Of a stretch of 64,000 nucleotides of DNA, positions 14,223 through 27,911 are shown in pieces. The translations under genes were made by a program, and so were the position numbers. The DNA lies in assembly GCF_018350175.1 (NCBI RefSeq), contig NC_058368.1, forward strand, positions 33,916,001 to 33,980,000. Reading direction: 5' to 3'. The stretch comes from Felis catus (taxonomy: Eukaryota). A model generated the notes under the pieces. The model searched no databases and was not told the DNA's origin. It worked only from the letters and a program-made list of their open reading frames with translations. Within the stretch, counting starts at the first letter, position 1, and every line of letters starts with the position of its first letter.

Positions 14223-14264
<42 letters not shown>

Positions 14265-14340
14265 GAAATCTCTCTGTCTCTGCCCCTCCCCTCTTGTGCT
14301 GCCTCTTTCTCAAAATAATAAATAAACTAAAAAAAAAAAA
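14093..14340 (+). mobile_element. CAN-SINE
   Basis: cacctgggtggctcagtcgggttaagtgtcc head, (CT)n, A tail; TSD-like tcaatt(g/a)ttta. Confidence 0.93.
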
Positions 14341-14462
14341 TTCAATTATTTACACAGCTATGTCCACATCAAACCATACTGAGATAGTGGATTCTGTTGT
14401 TTGTTTTTGTTCTTTATCTTTGTTTGACTCAATTGCAGTAGGAAGGAATAGGTAAGCAAAGT

Positions 14463-14893
14463 TGTCGCGGTTTTGGGGTGATGGTGGGGGGTCTGGAGCC
14501 GACAGGCAAGAAAGAATTCTTGAGGAATCTCTGGTTCAAAAAGGTGATTTTATTAAAGCGTGGGGACAGTATCCAGTATCCGTGGGAAGATAAAGTTGGC
14601 CCGGGTATTATGAGGAGTGACTGATTATATACTGGGGAGCCGGGGGAGGAAAAGGCAAGGGAAGTTTCCAAAAGGATTTTCATATGCTAAAGAAGTCTCC
14701 CAGGATCCCAGAGGCCTGGCTATTGTCAAGCTGAGGTTGTTTCTCCCTCCAGCAAAGCATTAACATTAAGACAGTAGGGAGTTCTTGGAGGAATGTTCTA
14801 CTCTGCCAGCCTCAAGTATTTGTCAATGGGCTGCAGGTTACAAGAAAATTTAATTTTATCTGCCATTTCCTTCTGCCTTTGTTTCTCACATCA
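14463..14893 (-). mobile_element. Solo ERV LTR (ERV1-like)
   Basis: TG...CA termini, 4-bp TSD AAGT (14459-14462 and 14894-14897), minus-strand AATAAA (ttttatt ~14549), several CpGs retained. Confidence 0.8.
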
Positions 14894-14949
14894 AAGTGTT
14901 TGAAGCCTACCTACCTGGTGCTTAATAAATGAAACATTATTGTTATTGG

Positions 14950-15162
14950 TTTTTTAAATTTTTTTTAATGTTTATTTATTTTTGAGAGTGAGAGAGACAG
15001 AGGATGAATGGGGGGAGGGACAAAGAGAGAGGGAGGCACAGGATCTAAAGCAGGCTCGGGGCTGTCAGCACAGAGCCCAAGGTAGGACTCAAACCCACAA
15101 ACTGTGAGATTATGACTTGAGCCTAAGTCAGACGCTTAACCCACAGAGCCACCCAGGTGCCT
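14950..15162 (-). mobile_element. CAN-SINE
   Basis: Antisense tail tttttaatgtttatttatttttgagag ... gagccacccaggtgcc. Confidence 0.93.
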
Positions 15163-17839
15163 GTATTATTATTGTTTTTGTACACGTTTTAAACCAACTT
15201 TTAAGGCATCTTTATACACCACAGTCCGTATCTTTCATGGTTTAAATTTAGGGAGAGTTTTCTTCGTACAATAAAAAAGGTATTAATTACACCCTTTACA
15301 ATGCTGAACTGACTTATGAAATAGTCCACAGATAGTGTTTTTATGATCCATTCAACTGATCAGCTAATGTGAAAATGCATAAATTTCCTGTTATGAAAAC
15401 CATGACTTCCATTTTGCAGCTAGGACGTTAAGAGAATCACGATTTAACAAGGAGAGTGGTGTTACAGCAAAAAGTAATGACATTATAGAAATTTCATATA
15501 GAAAATGTTTCAAAGCCTTTCCAAACTACACGCAAGCTTTTCTTACCTCAGAACAAATGAATTAAAATTAAATGAAAAAGCAAACCAAACTTTTACTTTT
15601 CATATAGAGTTGGTATACCTAATGAGGAATTTCTTATATTATTATAGTATATGTGAAGCTCTTTTCCTAAAATAAGCTTAGTTTTTCTGACAGGAAAGTA
15701 TATTCAGTTTTTAACTTGATTTTCTTAGATGCCGGAACAATAAGATGTCTACCTCCGATTCTGTGTACATTATAATGAAACATAAAATACCAAACACATA
15801 TCACTTTGGAGTCGTACTTATTAAATTTCATTTTTGGAACAAGACATAGTTGAAAGCTCCGTTAAAGTAATATTGCAATTACAGTTTATGTTCAAACCAC
15901 AACAGGGGAATTCTAATTCTCTGTATGAATGGTTATATGGCTGGTAGGGCAGATGTTTTCCTCCAGCGAGTGGTTCTCACAGAAGCTTCTCCCGGGGTAT
16001 CTCCTACCTCTCCCAAAGGAAACGACAACAAAAACACCACCACAACCTGGATATGGACTGACTGCAAACGAAGCAATCTCATTTACTTTTGAATGGAATA
16101 GTGCCCCACGGTAGATTGTTTGTTGCTAAAATGTTAAGAAGCTATGTCACTACCACTATTGTAAAGTGGATGTAGCAATTCAAAGCAAAAGTTCTCTGCT
16201 GATTCTGCATTGTTTTTTTATGGAATGGCTAGTATAAATACCCTGTAAGCCTTGCAGTGTGTGAGGAGACAAAGTATTAATCAAGCACCAGGGGAGCTCA
16301 CCCCACATTAGACCCCCTAAGGATTCTGAAAGTATTTTCAGCAGAGCAATTCCAGTGCCTCTGGCAGTCAAAGGGTTTTGGTATGTTAAACTCAACTGCA
16401 ATTTTCATGGAGTGAGGAGAGAGAGGCTCTGGAATGCTTAATGTGGCAATATGTAGCTGCTCAAAAGGTGTGGATTCTGTTGTTTGTTCCTACACTTATT
16501 TTACCTGACAGAATCCTACTTGTATCCTACGGTTTTAAAGACATGAAACACAAAGAGCGTCTGGTTTTTGGCGGTTAGACAGACTGCATCTTTACGAAGA
16601 GAGCTGAAAATAAAAGCAAACCAAAGATGTCATGGTTCTCAAATTATTTTGTGGTTAACCAACCTGAACTTGGTCTAATGTATAGATGACCATACAAATG
16701 ATTAGACTCATTTTTTTCTTCTATCGTCTAACCATTCTTGGATTTCTTGAAACAACTTATTCCATTTTGATAATATTTACTATTTCCATTACTGCAATTA
16801 GTCCCTCAATTAGAGATACATCTTTGTTCAAAAATCAAGGATTATCAGCTGACAACTGAAATAGAATGAGAACTGCCTGGGTATCCTCACTGACTTTGGA
16901 GAGTTAAAGTTAATTGAGATAATTTACCCAAGAAGTCAGGAATATGATAAACAAATAAATAAGCCAACCAGCAGCCTTCTCTACCAACTTTTTCATGTAC
17001 ATGTATTTCATTACATTATTTTAGCCCAACTTAGGGTGTGGGGATGGAAAGGAATGAAAGCAAAAGGGAAAGCAGAAAGAAAACATGTTAGTCATTTATA
17101 GAGAAAGCATTTACAATGGAACAAAAATGCACCAGAGTTAAATTGCCTACCAATTTAGCTCTTTCCATGTATAAATACCATATAAGCCTTGCAGTATTTT
17201 AGGAGACAAAATCCTTCAATATCAACATGTTGAAAAACACCGGAATATTATAGTCATACATAGAATATTTGACAAAGAAGATAAATATTTATTATGTGAT
17301 GCCGTGTCTGAATATAGGGAAAAAAACACAAATAAAATTTGAGGGGTCTAAATATGAACACTTAGAAGGCATACAATTCTTTTGATTAGAGTAATAATAT
17401 ATACAATTCTTTTAATTGAAATAATAGTAGAAAATTTTGCTTGTACAGAAGGATATGAAGTGATTTTGTTAAGTTTATATTATCTGTAAATATGAATACT
17501 GAATTATACTCTGTCGTAAAGCTAGGTTATTAATATTTTACAGGTCAATTTTCAATTATAAGATACATATGTAGAATTTGCAGCATTGCATTTATATGAG
17601 TTATTGCAGAGATCCAGGGGGTATGATTGGTCCCAAAGAAAAGAATTGATTTGGCCAAAGTGATAAACTGCTCATGCTCAAATATGTCTCAAATTAGTCC
17701 TTTTAATTTTTATGTAATTTATTTTACCTCTTATAGATCACTCAGAATTTCCACTGGAGCTTCTGTCCCCTTTCCATTCTAAATCCAATGTTCATTATTT
17801 CCACAAGTGTTAGCATTTGTATTCCTTATAAAAACTTTT

Positions 17840-18004
17840 ATTTTTTTTTAAGTTCATTTATTTATTTGGGGGGTGGGTGGCAGAGAGAGGGGGAGAGAGA
17901 GAATCCCAAGGAAGCTCCATACTGTCAGCACAGAGCCCGAAGCAGGGCTCAATCTCAAGAACCATGAGATCAGGACCTGATCAACTGAGCCACCCAATTG
18001 CCCC
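17840..18004 (-). mobile_element. CAN-SINE with internal deletion
   Basis: Antisense SINE; gacctga joins directly to tcaactgagccaccc, lacking ~25 nt of the usual head. Confidence 0.88.
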
Positions 18005-18110
18005 TAAAACTTAATATTGCAGTTATTGTTAAATGGCATTTGATGTTGTTGCCATTACTGTTGTTTTTAAGATATTATTAAGTTAAACTCTTCTTCTTAC
18101 TAAAGAGTCA

Positions 18111-18323
18111 TTTTTTAAAGTTTATTTATTTATTTTGAGAGAGACAGAGACAGCACAAGTGGGGATGGGCAGAGAGATTAGAGAGAGAGAGTGAAACCCA
18201 AGCAGACTCTTTACTGAAAGTACAGAGTTTGAGGTGGGGCTCAAACCCATGAAGCTGTGAGATCATGACCTGAGCCAAAATCGAGAGTAAGACACTTAAC
18301 CAACTAATCCACCCAGGCACCCC
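18111..18323 (-). mobile_element. CAN-SINE
   Basis: Antisense tail; gagatcatgacctgagccaaaatcgagag ... cacccaggcaccc; TSD-like agtcatttt. Confidence 0.92.
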
Positions 18324-18948
18324 TTATTAAAGTCATTTTAAGAGACTTGTTCCTGCCCATTTGGCAGGAAAGGTTTGAACACAGCTATTTTTACACTAAT
18401 TTTTCTGAAAATTAACAAGATTTCATATAATTTTTGACCTTTCTTACAGATCCTTTTATGCTCTGTAAAAATAATATATTTGTTGTTAAACATACCAATA
18501 CATTTTATAAATTTTGTCATGTCCTGAGGTATTTTATTTTGTCCTCAGACACAGCTACTGATGATGCAAAATCTGATGCCATTCTTATTGTTATTGTATT
18601 GAAGTAACCTCACTTGTGCCTCTGGATCCTTAGAATTTTGCAATCTCCTTAGTGGTCTGAAATCTGACTTGGATATGTTTAAGAGTGAGTCTTCAAAATT
18701 TTTCTCCTGTTTTTGTTCAGTGGAACATTTCAATAGAAAAACCCATGTGTATTTTTTCTAATCAGGGCATTTTTTATGTCGTGTTTATGTTATTGTTCTG
18801 ATTGAATAAATAATGGATCTCATTGATATCTTCTCAATCTCTTTCTCTCTCTCTCTGTCACATATGTGTGTGTGTGTGTGTATAGTATAAATATAGTATA
18901 TATGTATATGTATGTTTATATATGTACAACACAACATATATATGTGTG

Positions 18949-18993
18949 TATAGATATAGATATAGATATAGATATAGATATAGATATAGATAG
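18949..18993. repeat. (TAGATA)n hexanucleotide microsatellite
   Basis: About seven units, direct reading. Confidence 0.93.
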
Positions 18994-19234
18994 TGTTTTA
19001 ACTCCATATTTTTCTTTCTTTTGTATTTTTATAGTCTATAATTTCAAGACCAATTGCTAGATGTGTGTTTTTTTCTCAAGACCACCTGGAACATATGGCT
19101 GCTTCCATTATTGAATCACTATATTAGACACTTGAAACTAATATAACACTATAAAAATAAAATAAAATACATAAAATAAATAAGTAATTTAAAAAACAAA
19201 GTGTAACTGCCCATTAATAACTATAGAGTCTCTT

Positions 19235-19400
19235 CTACTTAGTCAGTCTCTCTCTGCCTCAGTTTCCTCATTTGTAAAATGGAAATGGTAAGAGTCTCAA
19301 ATTCATAGATTTGTTGTGAGATCGTATGAGTTAAAAATATACCAATTTTATTGAATAATACCTAACCTATTATAACCACTAAGTAAACATTATCTGTTTA
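19235..19400 (+). mobile_element. MIR fragment
   Basis: Core ctctctgcctcagtttcctcatttgtaaaatgg. Confidence 0.8.
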
Positions 19401-20449
19401 TTTGATCAAGGATTTGGTTTTTAGCCTTGGTAATATATTATTCAGTTTATTCATTAATTTTTTTCTTATTTCAAAAGCCAAGTAAATTTTACCTGCTCTC
19501 TTTGCTCTTGGCTTTGTTACAGCTGGGTCTATTTTTCAATGTATGATTTAGCCTACACAATCTCTCCATAGAAATTTATTAGCAAATAGTGTTATGATTA
19601 TTGTTTCCAAGCTTTCTTCCTGAGTAATGTGGTAAGAATGTGGTCTTTTCATGTCTTTGTCATTCTATATATGTCTGGTAATCTTTGGGGGTTTTTTGGT
19701 TTCATTTTAACGAAAATAACCATGTTGTTTAATATATGGAGCTGATACAGGTTTCTTTTTTAGTTCTATGGGTCTCTTTCCACAGGAGATGACTTCCTTT
19801 GTAAGGAAGGGTGATGGGCAGCTCCACACAAGAGGATGCCTGTAGGTAGGATGCTGGCCTGCAAAATGCCTGACCATAGCGCCATTCACAAAATAAGGAA
19901 GATTTTACTCTTTGACTGAAATACTTTAGTAAATTTAATAAAACTAGGCAAAAAGGGTCTTGCATGTTTTTAAATTTTTCCCCTCAGAAGTTATTTCTTT
20001 TCCTCAGGCCCTGACACTAACGTTTGGAACTTCCTGTGGCACAACTGTCATTTAATTTAAAGAGTGGATCTCAGTTGTAAATCAGGCCACAACAGTTGCC
20101 GCCAGTACTTTCTATGTAGGACAAGGGGATGGGAGGAGGGAAGCTCAGGCTGGCTCAGATGTTTTAATTAAAGTTCTGTAATAAATTACCTAGACCATTT
20201 CTTCTTCTCATCTCCTGCTCTTTGGATTTATTGACCCCGAACTTAGAACTCATCTGAGGTTGCTTGGGAAGGAAACTTTATCTCTGGTTATTTGTAGGGG
20301 CTATTTGCTTCCCTGTTTCATTTTTCTAAGTCCAAATCCATTTTTTTTTTAATTCAAGGAACTATCCAATCAACTGCTGTATTATTATTATTTTTTTGAC
20401 CAACTTATGATTGCACTGTATTTTGTTTTAATATAAGAACTCATTATCA

Positions 20450-20656
20450 GGGTGCCTGGGTGGCTCAGTCGGTTCAGCGTCCAGCTCTTGATTTTGGCTT
20501 GGGTCATGACATGATCTCACGGTTGGTGAGTTTGAGCCCTGCATCAGGCTCTGTGCTGACAGCATGGAGCCTGCTTAGGATTTGCTCTCTCTGCCCCTCC
20601 CCTGCTTGTGCTCTAAATCTCTCTCTCTATCTCTCAAAATAAATGAATAAACATTA

Positions 20657-20689
<33 letters not shown>

Positions 20690-20690
20690 G
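20450..20690 (+). mobile_element. CAN-SINE with (AAC)n-converted tail
   Basis: gggtgcctgggtggctcagtcggttcagcgtcc head. Confidence 0.94.
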
Positions 20691-20885
20691 AAGCTTCATT
20701 ATCTAAGGTTAATCAGTTCCAGGAAAAAAAAAAAAAAAGTCACTCCAAGTAAATCCCTTTAAAGCAAAGACCAAAATTTTATTTGAAGAAAGGACAAAAT
20801 AAGGTTTGGAAGATTAACGTTAAAAGTAAAAAAATAAATAAATAAAACTTGTCGAGGTTCTTTGTCAAATGTTCTTTACCAGTGT

Positions 20886-21026
20886 TTAATTATTTATTTA
20901 TTTTTTAAGTAGGCTCCAAGCCCATCATGGAGCTCAACGCGGGGCTTGAACTTGTGACCCTGAGACCAAGCCATGAGCTAAGATCAAGAGGAAGATGCTT
21001 AATGGACTGAGCCACCCAAGCGCCCC
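20886..21026 (-). mobile_element. Short CAN-SINE variant lacking the (CT)n tract
   Basis: taggctccaagcccatcatggagctcaacgcggggcttgaact ... actgagccacccaagcgcccc. Confidence 0.88.
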
Positions 21027-22177
21027 AGGGGCTAATTGTCTTCACATTGACATGTTTTGTGTGACTTTGTGCTGGATTCCAGCCACTGCAATTCACTATC
21101 TTCCATTGCTTTCCAGGAAACCCTGCATCTTTCTTTGGCATTTGAATTGTTATTATTAAAAATATACATATCAGTTTACATTATGTTATGGGATATTTGA
21201 AATGTAGGACTGTGAAGGAGAAAATAGCTAACAAAATTTTGATGCAGGAAGACGAAGAACAGTTGGCATTAAATGGGACAAAATATTTGGCATCATATTA
21301 TGAGCAGTTTTTTGGTTATGACAACTTTGCTTCCATACGCAGCCTCCCCGGGGCTCCGCCAATGAAGACTCTAGAAGAGCACCTGTGTGTATATTTCATC
21401 AATTCAATAGAATGAAAGAGCTTTTAAAAATTCTTTTGTTCCCTTTATTTTTAGTTTCGAAATTTGGGATATTTTCCTCTTTCTTACAAACCGTTTTCTG
21501 TGTTCCATAAAAATCAGTGATCTCAAATAGTTGCTAATTAAGTAGTTATTTAAATCTTGTTGAATATTTTTTCTTACGGTCCTTTTTATAATGCTATTTC
21601 AAGTTACACAAATGATGTTTTCAATATAAAAATTCAGAAATAAACTCTTAACAGTTGTCCCTAATTTTAATGTGTTAATTAATCATCAATATTCACCATC
21701 ATTTCTTATAAATGCACATATTCTTTAATAACACTTAATTTAAAGCACCCTCACTTTTAGGAAGATACACGCTAAGATGTTGTTTTATTAAAAAGATTTC
21801 CCAAACATTTATTCATCATAAAATCATTTTGATAAGACCAAATGATTGTTGCTTTCTATGTAGAAGTCTCTTATCCATAAGACTTTCTAATTCTTGCCTA
21901 CCTACGATTCACAAAAGGTCCCATACTTTGTTAGTCTGATACTTTATATATGTTAATTGCTTGGACACTTTTGGAGGCCTGAGAGGTAACAGCACACCAT
22001 CTCTTTTTGTCAAAATCTTCTTAGTTCTTACTTGATTAAAGTACATCTTGTCACTATCAACAAGTATTCTCTGCTTACGTATTTGCAAGAGTGAAGTAAA
22101 AATCTTGGTGTACCTTCCCTGCTTTCATAACCTACTCTGACACAGATGAATTTGTTCTATATTTTATCCAGGGTCTT

Positions 22178-22271
22178 TCCTTAGTATAAGACCATAATCG
22201 AGTGGTAACAAAGACTATTCTTTCTCCTTAGTATAAACCCATAATCAAGTGGTAACAAAGATTATTCTTTC
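22178..22271 (+). repeat. 47-bp tandem duplication (43/47 identical)
   Basis: tccttagtataa(ga/ac)ccataatc(g/a)agtggtaacaaaga(c/t)tattctttc, two copies (22178-22224 and 22225-22271). Confidence 0.95.
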
Positions 22272-24018
22272 ATGGTGTGAAACACAGTAAAATTTCTCTG
22301 CTACTTACAATGTTTGTAAAAATCAGTAAGTTACTTGTTAGTCACCAATGGAACCTGCCATGTTCATAAAATACATTAACAGTTTCAATCCTTATTACCA
22401 AAGACTGACTAAAGCTAAAATAATTTTTATAAGCTTGATCTTCATTAATCTATTTAATATTATTTCCAAGTAAGTCTAACCTATCATATGCATATGTAAA
22501 TATGGAGTATAAATGTTAATTCACCTCATTTTCTACAAAATTCCAATTTGATTATGTTCATCCTTTCAGCAGAAAAGAAACAACTGAAGTAATAGTCTTA
22601 TTCATTAACTAGGATGAGAGCATGATTGATTGATTGCTTAATATTTAAACTATTCTTCCATGTGCATTGAATTAACTCCTCTGTTGATAGGGTAGCTGTC
22701 ATGCATAATGCTTAGACAGCTTAAATAACGAATTATTTCATTAAAAGAACTGCAGTATCATCATTGTTATTTGTTATTCATACAAATTATGCTAATGATT
22801 ACCATGTCATATTTTAAGAAGCTTAAATGAAGTCCCTTAAAATTAAGTAATAATTTTAGGACAATAAAGTAATACACTAGGACATTCCACTTGCAAAATA
22901 GGGGTTATGTGAGCTATGACTTTAGAAAATGGATTTCAATGGTCACTGTATATCTTATTTGTTTATGTATCCTGGAGATTATATAGATATATAGATGTAT
23001 ATAAATAAATAAAATATTTATATAATTAAATAAATTTACTTATGTATCCTGGATGTATTTATATTTATTCCATGCCATGTGTTTATGATGATTTATAAGT
23101 GATAAGTTTTGCACACACTTTTTCTTTCTTAATTCATAGGCTCAGATTTTACACACAACAGTTATTAAGCATTTCCTCTGATGTTAACTCAGCTGTATTA
23201 AGTGATGTTCAGACTTGGTATCAGACAAGCTGAAGCCAATTGAGAGCAGTAATTACATACTCTTCTCTTGTATTTGTTGTGTCCTAAGATAAGTGAAGTG
23301 CCATATTCCTGAAATTTCAGATATTCAACAAAGTATTCTATTTGAAGTAGCAAAACACAGATATAGGTACTACCAGGAAAGGATAACTTGATAAAGGATA
23401 CAAGGATAAAACTTATTTCAATTTTTATTGAGGGGATGCTATCTGCAAAACGTATTAGACACTGTGTGGTACACAGAGATGGATAAACCATTTTTCGCCT
23501 CTAGGTCTTTACAATTTTCAGATGGAGAAGAACAATACAACAGTTTAACAGAAATGACAATACAAGACAATATAGGACACAGTGTAGGTCATAAAAATTA
23601 TAAATAGTTATAATGGTCTAAAAAAAGAGAAATCACATCCAATTGCAAGGACTCAAAAGAGGATTTACATAGATGTGGGCTTTTTAAGTGGGTCTTAAAG
23701 GATATTAATGGATGACTTTATGGGATGTGAATATAAAGAACTGATATAATTTCAACAGGTAGAGATGAGGTGCTAAAGACCTAATTAAGATGAAAATATT
23801 TAGGAAAACATAAGGCATGTTTAAGGAATGACAAATAGTTCAGAGTCAGAAATGCATGTAAGCACAATATGTATTATCCAATCACTGCCTTATTTCACCA
23901 TTTGATTATTTATCACTATTACTTTAAAAGAAGCAAAATTGCATCTGAGAAGCAAAACCTGCTGAAGATGGGCCACATATATAATCCTTTCTCAAATCTA
24001 TGACTACAGTCCTCCAGG

Positions 24019-24021
<3 letters not shown>

Positions 24022-24057
<36 letters not shown>

Positions 24058-24058
24058 C
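24022..24058. repeat. (TG)n(CG)n microsatellite
   Basis: Direct reading. Confidence 0.95.
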
Positions 24059-24267
24059 ATGTGTGTAAGGAAACACTTCCCTTATGTTGCCAACCCTAAC
24101 TGCGAGATCCTCATCTCTGAGGTATATAAATATATACTCAGTATTCCGGTAAGGTTTTCATGCTCAATAGTAATGTGATACAGCTATTTGTCTACACTTC
24201 TCACAAATGCTCCAAAAAATAAACAATAAAATATATAAATGGAGGAGTAACAATTACTTGCCCATGA

Positions 24268-24888
24268 CTGTTACCCTAGAACAACATGGGTTGGACTGCA
24301 TGGGTCCACTTATATGCAGATTTTTTAATATATAAATATAGTATATGTATATACACATTATAGTGAATACTGTAAATGTATTTTCATTTCCTTAATGATT
24401 TTCTTAATACCTTTCCCCCCAGCTGTATTGTAAGAATACAGTATATTTTATATGATATACATATATATATTGGGGCACCTGGATAGCTCAGTTGGTTGAG
24501 TGTCCAACTTCCGCTCAGATCATGATCTCATGGCTCATCAGTTTGAGCCCTGCCTCGGGCTCTGTGCTCACAGCTTGGAGCTTGGATCCTGCTTTGGGTT
24601 CTGTGTCTCCTTCTCTCTCTCACTCTCTCTCTGCCCTTCCCCACTTGTGCTGTCTCTGTCTCTCTTTAAAAAAATAAACATTAATTTTTTATATAATATA
24701 CATATATATGTACATTATATATATGTATACTTCCATATGTAAAATATGTGTTTATGTTTTCAGTAAGGCTTCCAGTCAACAGTAGGCTTTTAGTAGTCAG
24801 GTTTGGGGGGAGTCAAAAGTTATATATATTTTTACCACCATGTGGGGAGTAGACACCCATAACCCCCTTGTCATTCATGGGTCAACTG
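24268..24888 (+). mobile_element. Tigger2-like non-autonomous DNA transposon interrupted by a SINE
   Basis: Left end ctgttaccctagaacaacatgggttggactgcatgggtccacttatatgcagatttttt; right end tcattcatgggtcaactg followed by TA. Confidence 0.8.
24472..24685 (+). mobile_element. CAN-SINE nested in the Tigger2-like element
   Basis: ggggcacctggatagctcagttggttgagtgtcc head. Confidence 0.93.
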
Positions 24889-25674
24889 TACTTTCTAGAA
24901 ACTTCCATGAGTGCCTACTGGATACAGTGAATGAGGGGAATGATCCTTGCCACTCTATCACCCTGCTTGAGAGAGAAACTTGGCTGATAATTAAGGGAAG
25001 ATACTTAGAACCCTACTATTATTCCTAGTCCTGATAAAGTAATGGCAGTGTTAAATGCAGAGTTATTCAGACATCATTAAGGTGTTCAAATTCTGAGGCT
25101 CTGCTATTTCTGCAGGTTCCAAAAATTTGGTCACATCAAAGAGGTTTTAAGTGGCCCCTGTACTTGCCTTTTGCATGCAGTCATATCCAGGAAGGACAAT
25201 GGCAAAGCATGGTGAGCGAAGGGAGAAAGCTTTGTCTGCTCTTACTTACTAACCATTTCATTTGTCCACTACTCAATTACTGAAGACCACTGAATTTTCA
25301 AAGTGGTCTTACTTTCAGTGATTTACTCTGAAAGATCTGAGAGAAATGTGTTTGAATCAAAATTAAATGTTACTCGAATATGAATATAATCCCTTGCTAA
25401 GTTAACGTTTATATACATGGAGGAAGAGATCCACTGAAGAATTTATACTCACTTGTAAAATGAATAAACACAATTCAGCAATAACAAAGAGGAAAAAAAT
25501 CATTCTGTTTTCAAATCCTGGTTTTGCTACTTACTAATTACTAACCAGAAATTTACAATTTTGTACCAGTTATTTGATTTTAGCTAACCTGTGAATTTGC
25601 TATCAACTGTGTGAGATTTGGCTTCCTGCCTTATAAACTGGGTAACAAAAATTGCTATTTACATATTTTTAATA

Positions 25675-25810
25675 TCCACATTTTACAGATGAGGATTCAA
25701 GCCATGGAGAGATTAAGTAACTTCTCCAAGATCACATAGCTAACAAGTGGGTAGAACCAGGTTTGACCCAGGTAGTATTCCCCCGGAGTCCATGTGCCTA
25801 TCTCTATGCC
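25675..25810 (-). mobile_element. MIR fragment
   Basis: cattttacagatgagga ... agagattaagtaacttctccaagatcacatagct. Confidence 0.82.
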
Positions 25811-27679
25811 AAGATAAATCAGCAAAGGAAACTGGGAAGCAGCATTGTCACCGCAGACTGTAAGTTGGAATATTGAAAATTTCTAATTCACTTTCATAGC
25901 CTAAAATTTACATCATCAAACTGTTAATAGAACAATAGCATGAATTAGTCTGTTATTACTATAGTAAGGTTATGGAAGTGATTTTGAAGAAGAGATTAAT
26001 ATATTTAGCATAATTCTGTATCACTAAACTACACAATAGAAACTATCAAATCATACAACTGAGGGATCATGACGTGAAGAGGTTGAAGATGTTTTCTCCT
26101 TATTCCTCAATGACAACCTCCTTAGATAGGAAGGAACTAGAAAAAGTCATGTTTCTATGTATATCATGTACCATGTTCCATGGGTCTACATACATGAGAT
26201 AACTATTCTGAGGCAACCATTTGAGTAGTGGTTCTTTCTATTAGATGAGTCAACATCTTCTAAGCAACATGTTTCAGCATCTGTCATTGTAAAGAGAGTC
26301 AAGGTGTTGCTCTTAAATTATAGCTTATTGTGCACATTTTCAGATAATTAACATTCAGAACATTGTGATTTAACTAATTATTTCTGAAAATAGCACATTT
26401 TGATGTATACCATAATCCTGCACTTACTTGAAGTCACAGAACACAGAAAAATCATATTTCTGACTTTTTTGAGTAGTTTTGAGAACAGTTAGTTTGAAAA
26501 GAAAAAAAAAAAGCCTCAGAGTAAAAGAATATTTTATACAGGACATTTTTGATCCATTAGTATTCTAGCTCTTTTTCCTACTATTCTTAGATGTCATGAC
26601 CTTTTTATTTCCTATTCACCACATGCATTGTATTTAATATAATATATTATGACTTAATTTGAATTCATTAAACTATACAATTAGCTGCATACATTAATAT
26701 TTTTTTGCCTGCCTTTTTTCCCAAAATGATTCTCAGAAATTTACACATTAAAAGCAAATGAAATGTCCTTGACGAAGGTTCAATAACTGGGCCTTAGTAA
26801 ATATTATAAAAACAATAACTTCTTCATCAGTATGGGGAACCAGTTTCAAAAGCCTGAAGAATATGAATTAAATGTTCTCTGGGAGAAATGGAAAAGGTTA
26901 AAATTCATCATTTTAACTGATAGGCTTTCTATGGGAAAATAAGCAATGCAAAGAATACCAAATACAGTTTTAATTTTACAGTCTTCCCAAAAACATTTTC
27001 TAGGGGAAAAATAATTTTATTATTTCAATTGTAAATAAGCTTCTTATGATAATTATTGATTCTATATTTAGTTCTAATTAGATATATTTTTGAGTTTAAA
27101 AAACATTGAATGAGAAAAATAGCACCTTTCTTCTTCTAAATTCAGTGCAACCATGAATGGTAATTTTAACTCCTTCATGTTTGATGTGCTAAGTCTCATT
27201 GTTTAAGTTTGAGCCTGTCTTTCATGAGTACAAGGAATAGAATTAACTTCAGCTGTAAATTTATAACATCAATATCTTCTTAGGAATATGAATCAGATTC
27301 TTTAAAAGCTTCCATAATTCTTACATAATTTTTAGCTTTAGTATATTTGTTGGGGAGTAAAGTAAGAAAAAGTTTAAGATCATTAACATTCTTCTGATTT
27401 CATCAGAATATAAGGCAATTAGTAGTGTAAACTATGGAGACCAAGATAAAGAATATTTCTTAAGTTCCAACCTTGGTCTGATTCATGCTAGGCCAAAGAT
27501 TGTTCCTGTCATAGAGAGGTTCTGGTATCATTCATTCCCTTTACTTAGAACAGAAATGAGAAAGGTCCTCAACCCCAAGAGTAAATATCAAATTATAGAT
27601 TAGCTATAGACAACAGGAGTTAGAGAACTGGCATATTGCATAAGCATTTTTGTTGAGATTACTCCTCTTGTCTCCCAGT

Positions 27680-27682
27680 TTC

Positions 27683-27730
<48 letters not shown>

Positions 27731-27911
27731 TTCTTTCTTTTTTTTGTTTATTTATTTTTGAGAGAAAGAGAGCATAAGTGGGGAAGAGGCAGAGAGGATC
27801 TGAAGTGGGCTCTGTGCTGACAGCAGGGCTCAAACTCAAGACCCCTGAGATCATGACCTGAGCTGAGGTCTGAAATCCGAGGCTCAACAGACTGAGTCAT
27901 CCAGGTGCCCC
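27680..27911 (-). mobile_element. CAN-SINE with (CTTT)n tail expansion
   Basis: gagatcatgacctgagctgagg ... actgagtcatccaggtgcccc. Confidence 0.92.

Noticed and set aside
22178..22271. CRISPR-like or array system
   Set aside because: Only two adjacent copies with no spacer, in a mammalian context; an ordinary tandem duplication.
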